Under the pieces are notes generated by a model. That model worked only from the letters and a program-made list of their open reading frames with translations, did no database searches and was not told the DNA's origin. From Thermosulfurimonas dismutans (lineage in GTDB: Bacteria > Desulfobacterota > Thermodesulfobacteria > Thermodesulfobacteriales > Thermodesulfobacteriaceae): a stretch of DNA of 64,000 bases. Where the stretch lies: assembly GCA_011322625.1 (NCBI GenBank), contig DRMH01000020.1:5104-69103 (forward strand), given 5' to 3'. Each line of letters opens with the position of its first letter. Within the stretch, counting starts at the first letter, position 1. Position numbers and translations under genes: made by a program. Shown here in pieces: positions 60,406 to 64,000 of the stretch.

Positions 60406-61536
60406 TTACTCCTCCAACCGGATCAACTCATACCTGCGGGTCCCCAGGCCGATCTCCTCCGCGTGTTCCAGGGTAACCTCCCAGGGAATCCCGGGATAGA
60501 GCTTCCGGAACTTGTCCTCCCCGGGCCCGGCCCCCTCGGCCCGGGAACCCGGTAGTCCGGATTCCCGATTGACGAGATCCACGCTGGCCTGATCTATGGC
60601 CACCGGGTCCTCCGAGGCCAGAATACCCACATCGCGCACCAGAGGATAGTCGTTAAAGGGGTAACAGTCGCAGGCCGGGGACACCCGGAGGATAAAATTG
60701 AGAAACACCGCTCGCCCCCGCTTGGGCCGAAGCACCGCCGCCGCATATTCGGCCATCTTGCGCATGAAAAGCTCGGCCTTTTCGTTCCACTGGACCTTGA
60801 TGGCCTCCTGCGGACAAACCGCGATACATTCCCCGCAACCGATACAACGTTTCTCGTTGATTCGGTATCGGGGTTTCTTCGTTCCCTGCGCCGGTTCCGG
60901 GGCTCCCACCGGACAGAATTCCGCACAGGTTCCGCAGGCCACACAGCGTTTCTTGTCTATCTTGGGGGCCACGGTGGAGTGTTGTTCCAGCTTTCCCTTG
61001 CGGGCCGCACACCCCATCCCCACATTCTTGATGGCCCCGCCGAAACCGGAAAGCTCGTGCCCCTTGAAATGGGTGAGCACCACCAGACCATCCGCCCGGG
61101 CCACCTCCTTGGCCACATAAAACTCGCGGAGCACCGGAAGCTCCAGTTCCACCCGCTCGTAGGAATTACCCCGCAGCCCGTCGGCGATTATGAGAGGCGC
61201 CCCCACCACCGCAAAATCAAAACCGTTGCGAACGGCCGTCTCCAGATGGACCACCGCATCCGAACGACTACCCCGGTAAAGGGTATTGGTGTCGGTAAGA
61301 AAGGGCTTGACCCCCAGGCCGCGCAGGTGATCCACCACCCTCCTTACCCACTGAGGACGAAGATAGGCCAGGTTCCCGGCCTCTCCGAAATGAAGCTTTA
61401 TCCCCACCAGCGCTCCCCGGCGAAATCGATCCCCCAGTTTTAGAGCCGCAAGAAGGGCCTCTACCTTGTCCAGAAGGGAGGTCTTTTTCTTTAAATGAAG
61501 ATCCACAAAATAAACAGGACTTGCCATTCCCTTCAC
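60406..61536 (-). CDS. DUF362-domain protein with inserted 2x[4Fe-4S] ferredoxin domain
   Basis: IKLHFGE.GN ... FLTDTNT (DUF362) plus CVACGTCAEFCP and CIGCGECIAVCP. Confidence 0.8.
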   Translation of the reverse strand: MKGMASPVYFVDLHLKKKTSLLDKVEALLAALKLGDRFRRGALVGIKLHFGEAGNLAYLRPQWVRRVVDHLRGLGVKPFLTDTNTLYRGSRSDAVVHLETAVRNGFDFAVVGAPLIIADGLRGNSYERVELELPVLREFYVAKEVARADGLVVLTHFKGHELSGFGGAIKNVGMGCAARKGKLEQHSTVAPKIDKKRCVACGTCAEFCPVGAPEPAQGTKKPRYRINEKRCIGCGECIAVCPQEAIKVQWNEKAELFMRKMAEYAAAVLRPKRGRAVFLNFILRVSPACDCYPFNDYPLVRDVGILASEDPVAIDQASVDLVNRESGLPGSRAEGAGPGEDKFRKLYPGIPWEVTLEHAEEIGLGTRRYELIRLEE

Positions 61537-61556
61537 CTTAATCTTTAATTAAAGCC

Positions 61557-62570
61557 ATGGAAACGGAGGATCGCAAGCTTTTAACCCTGGTTCAAAAGGA
61601 ATTTCCCCTGGTGCCCCGTCCCTATGCGCTTCTGGGGGAAAGTCTGGGGCTTTCCGAGGAGGAGGTCCTGGCCCGTCTGGTCAGATTGACCCGGGAGGGC
61701 ATCCTCCGTCAGATAGGGGCCATCTTCAATCCCGGGGCCCTGGGCTACCGAACCACCCTGGTGGCCTTTGCCGTGCCGGAGGCCCTCCGGGAGGAGGCCG
61801 CCCGGATCATCAATCAACACCCCGGGGTAAGCCACAATTACCTGCGGGACCACCGCTTCAATTTCTGGTTCACCCTGGCCGTGCCCCCGGGGAAGGATCT
61901 GGAAGAGGAGGTAAAAGACCTGGCCCGCCGATCCTCGGCCGAGGACTATCTTCTCCTGCCCATCAAAAGGGTCTTCCGGATCGCAGTTATCTTCGACCTG
62001 GAGGAGGGGCAAACCGGGGACGGAAACTTTACCTATTCGGGAACCATCCAGAACCCCGATCCCCGCACCGTAAAACTGGTGCGCGCCACCCAGGAACCCC
62101 TGCCTCTCATTCCCCGCCCCTTTCGGGAGGTGGCCCACCGGGCCGAGGTCAGCGAGGAGGAACTCCTGGCCTGGATAGAGGAGATGCTCCGCAGGGGGGT
62201 CATGCGCCGGTTCGCCGGCCTGGTGCGCCACCATCGGGCCGGGTTCAGGGAAAACGTCATGGTGGCCTGGCGCATACCCGAAACCCGGGTGGAGGAAATC
62301 GGCCGGGCCCTGGCCCGGGAGCCCGGGATCACCCATTGCTACGAAAGGGTCTCTTACCCCCGATGGCCCTACAATCTCTATACCATGATCCACGCCCCCC
62401 GACGGGTAGAAGACCGACTCCGGGAGATCTCCCGTCGCTACGCCCTTTCGGACTTCCTGGCCCTGCGAACCCTTCGGGAATACAAAAAGATCCGGCTCAA
62501 ACTCTTCCTGGAGGGAAACGGAGAAAATTCCGCAGGATCCGCACCCCCTCGGGAAGATCGTCCGAATTAA
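61557..62570 (+). CDS. siroheme decarboxylase, fused AhbA/AhbB (NirDL/GH-like, Lrp/AsnC-type)
   Basis: Two tandem repeats of the pattern QxxxPLxPRPF..(A/L)......EEE(V/L)L..(L/I)......G(I/V)(L/M)RR(I/F)..... HPG(V/I)(S/T)H.Y.R....(N)(F/L)(W/Y)(F/T). Length is 337 aa. Confidence 0.8.
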   Translation: METEDRKLLTLVQKEFPLVPRPYALLGESLGLSEEEVLARLVRLTREGILRQIGAIFNPGALGYRTTLVAFAVPEALREEAARIINQHPGVSHNYLRDHRFNFWFTLAVPPGKDLEEEVKDLARRSSAEDYLLLPIKRVFRIAVIFDLEEGQTGDGNFTYSGTIQNPDPRTVKLVRATQEPLPLIPRPFREVAHRAEVSEEELLAWIEEMLRRGVMRRFAGLVRHHRAGFRENVMVAWRIPETRVEEIGRALAREPGITHCYERVSYPRWPYNLYTMIHAPRRVEDRLREISRRYALSDFLALRTLREYKKIRLKLFLEGNGENSAGSAPPREDRPN

Positions 62571-63162
62571 AATCCCACTCGCGCGGGGGTTTGCCCAGGC
62601 GCTTCCAGGCCTCAAGCGAGGTCCCTATGGATTCCGGATGGAACTGGACTCCCTCCACCGGGTACTCCCGATGGCGTACCCCCATTATCTCTCCGTCCTC
62701 GGCCCGGGCGGTGATCGTGAGCTCCGGGGGAAGACTGGCCTCCTCGATGGCCAGCGAGTGATAACGCATGGCCTCAAAGGGGGAGGGCAGCCCCCGGAAG
62801 ACCCCCCTGCCGTCGTGGGTGATCTGCGAGGTCTTGCCGTGCATGAGTCTCCGGGCGGAAACGATCCTTCCCCCGAAGGCCTCGCCGATACATTGATGCC
62901 CCAGACAGACCCCCAGGATGGGCACCCGACCGGCCAGCACCCGGATCAGCTCCACGGAAATGCCGGCCTTCTGCGGGGTGCAGGGGCCGGGGGAAATAAC
63001 CACATGGGTGGGGCGAAGCCCCTCGGCCTGGGACACGGTGATCTCGTCGTTCCGGTAAACCAGGATCTCTCCCTCCGGAAAGAGTTTCTCCAGCATCACC
63101 CCCAGCAGCTGCACCAGGTTATAGGTGAAGGAATCGTAATTATCTATCACCAGGAGCCGCAT
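62497..63162 (-). CDS. trpG: anthranilate/aminodeoxychorismate synthase glutamine amidotransferase component
   Basis: LVIDNYDSFTYNLVQ ... GVCLGHQ ... FHPES. The C-terminus contains an extra ~20-25 aa segment and overlaps ahbAB by 74 nt. A PabA role cannot be excluded. Confidence 0.8.
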   Translation of the reverse strand: MRLLVIDNYDSFTYNLVQLLGVMLEKLFPEGEILVYRNDEITVSQAEGLRPTHVVISPGPCTPQKAGISVELIRVLAGRVPILGVCLGHQCIGEAFGGRIVSARRLMHGKTSQITHDGRGVFRGLPSPFEAMRYHSLAIEEASLPPELTITARAEDGEIMGVRHREYPVEGVQFHPESIGTSLEAWKRLGKPPREWDFNSDDLPEGVRILRNFLRFPPGRV

Positions 63163-63164
63163 CC

Positions 63165-64000
63165 CTAGACCACCCCCTTCCTCACCAGCTCCAGGGCCTG
63201 CATCATACCCCGGGCCTTATTCAGGGTTTCCTCGTACTCCCGTTCCGGATCCGAATCGGCCACGATACCGGCCCCGGCCTGAAGATAAAGCTGATCCCCC
63301 TTCTGGAAGAGGGTCCGAATGGTAATACATAGATCCATGTTCCCCGAGAACCCGAAATAACCCACCGCTCCGGCATAAGGCCCCCGCTTCACCGGTTCGA
63401 GTTCCTCGATAATCTCCATGGCCCGGATCTTGGGAGCCCCGGAGACCGTCCCGGCGGGGAAAGCGGCCCTAAAGACATCGAACATGTCCCGTCCCGGAGC
63501 CAGCTCCCCCCTTACCCCCGAAACCAGATGCATGACATGGGAATAACGCTCGATCACCATGAGATCATAGACCTCCACGCTGCCGTAAGTGCATACCCGC
63601 CCGATATCGTTCCGCCCCAGATCCACCAGCATGAGATGTTCGGCCCTTTCCTTGGGATCACGCAGAAGATCCCGGGCCAGCTCCGCGTCTTCGGTTTCGT
63701 CTTGCCCCCGCGGACGGGTGCCGGCGATGGGACGGGTCTCCACCCGACCCTCCTCGACCCGCACCAGGATCTCCGGGGAAGAACCGATCAGGGTCTCATC
63801 CGCCAGACGCAGAAAGAAAAGATAGGGCGAGGGGTTGATCTTGCGCAGAGCCCGGTAAAGAGCGAAGGGGGGAAGATGGGATCGTCCGGAAAACCTCTGG
63901 GAGAGCACCACCTGAATAACATCCCCGGCGGCGATATATTCCTTGGCCCGACGCACCATTTCCTTGAAGCGCTCTTTTTCCATCTCCGGGGAAAGCTCGG
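63165..64000 (-). CDS. trpE: anthranilate synthase component I family (TrpE; PabB not excluded); N-terminus outside the window
   Basis: IAGTRPRG ... [15 protein letters not shown] ... [19 protein letters not shown] ... [21 protein letters not shown]. The reading frame continues upstream past nt 64000. The track ORF merely starts at the first in-window Met. Confidence 0.8.
   Translation of the reverse strand, partial: ELSPEMEKERFKEMVRRAKEYIAAGDVIQVVLSQRFSGRSHLPPFALYRALRKINPSPYLFFLRLADETLIGSSPEILVRVEEGRVETRPIAGTRPRGQDETEDAELARDLLRDPKERAEHLMLVDLGRNDIGRVCTYGSVEVYDLMVIERYSHVMHLVSGVRGELAPGRDMFDVFRAAFPAGTVSGAPKIRAMEIIEELEPVKRGPYAGAVGYFGFSGNMDLCITIRTLFQKGDQLYLQAGAGIVADSDPEREYEETLNKARGMMQALELVRKGVV

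Noticed and set aside
1-64000. Search by eye for CRISPR arrays, rRNA, IS/transposase genes, integrases, toxin-antitoxin pairs and known multi-gene defence systems.
   Set aside because: I found none. No regularly spaced repeats and no transposase, integrase or reverse-transcriptase motifs appear in any translated ORF. Absence is by inspection only and should be confirmed with CRISPR-detection, ISfinder-type and DefenseFinder/PADLOC-type tools.

Overview
High-GC (about 60%), gene-dense bacterial chromosome segment. Its protein composition and gene content (fused AhbA/B siroheme decarboxylase, long-form TrmB, THEP1-type NTPase) suggest a thermophilic, sulfate-reducer-like (Thermodesulfobacteriota-like) lineage, but that assignment is inference only. 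I support about 60 protein genes and one tRNA-Val(CAC). I saw no rRNA, CRISPR array, IS element or integrase. Stop/start overlaps (ATGA, GTGA, TGATG) are pervasive, so most genes sit in long translationally coupled operons.

Layout, left to right:
- 1-4.7 kb: B12-radical-SAM, then a MoxR, DUF58, transglutaminase module. The transglutaminase ORF runs off the window and is missing from the supplied track.
- 4.7-7.4 kb: tRNA-Val, then rpsF-rpsR-rplI-dnaB.
- 7.4-11.9 kb: a serC-like, serA, rlmN, GGDEF operon.
- 12-14.6 kb: dsbC-like, AMMECR1, M23 peptidase, bactofilin.
- 14.5-23.7 kb: an MSHA/T2SS-like pilus-biogenesis operon (E, F, ExeA-like ATPase, PilMN-, PilO- and PilP-like proteins, secretin, TPR protein) followed by gpsA, with no pilin genes in the window.
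- 23.8-27.8 kb: a large radical SAM gene, trmB and a DUF429 gene.
- 27.8-29.8 kb: a lower-GC islet holding an AAA-ATPase-like/PD-(D/E)XK gene and a truncated DUF4143 ATPase remnant.
- 29.8-36.5 kb: a long housekeeping operon (FmdB-like, DUF1844, ispE, prs, ctc, pth, PsiE-like, guaA) with an embedded Uma2 nuclease gene.
- 36.6-39.2 kb: a HAD-like, rhomboid, SDH-protease trio.
- 39.3-44 kb: TetR, HlyD, MFS, TolC efflux.
- 43.9-58.5 kb: a complete but stripped-down exosortase/PEP-CTERM locus. It has five cargo genes that all carry a V-P-L-P variant sorting signal, and two of them have lectin folds.
- 58.6-64 kb: a THEP1-NTPase/thymidylate-kinase fusion, Smr, DUF362 ferredoxin protein, ahbAB and trpG/trpE (partial).

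I do not see a clear-cut unknown defence or mobile system. The observations most worth follow-up are:
- the sharp compositional mosaic inside gspF
- the pilin-less MSHA-like operon with a predicted c-di-GMP-binding MshEN ATPase
- the VPLP-type cargo set with lectin domains and shared promoter architecture
- the minimal exosortase locus
- the THEP1-Tmk fusion
- the rhomboid/SDH protease module

Many very long ORFs in the track are antisense or out-of-frame shadows typical of GC-rich DNA, and I rejected them.
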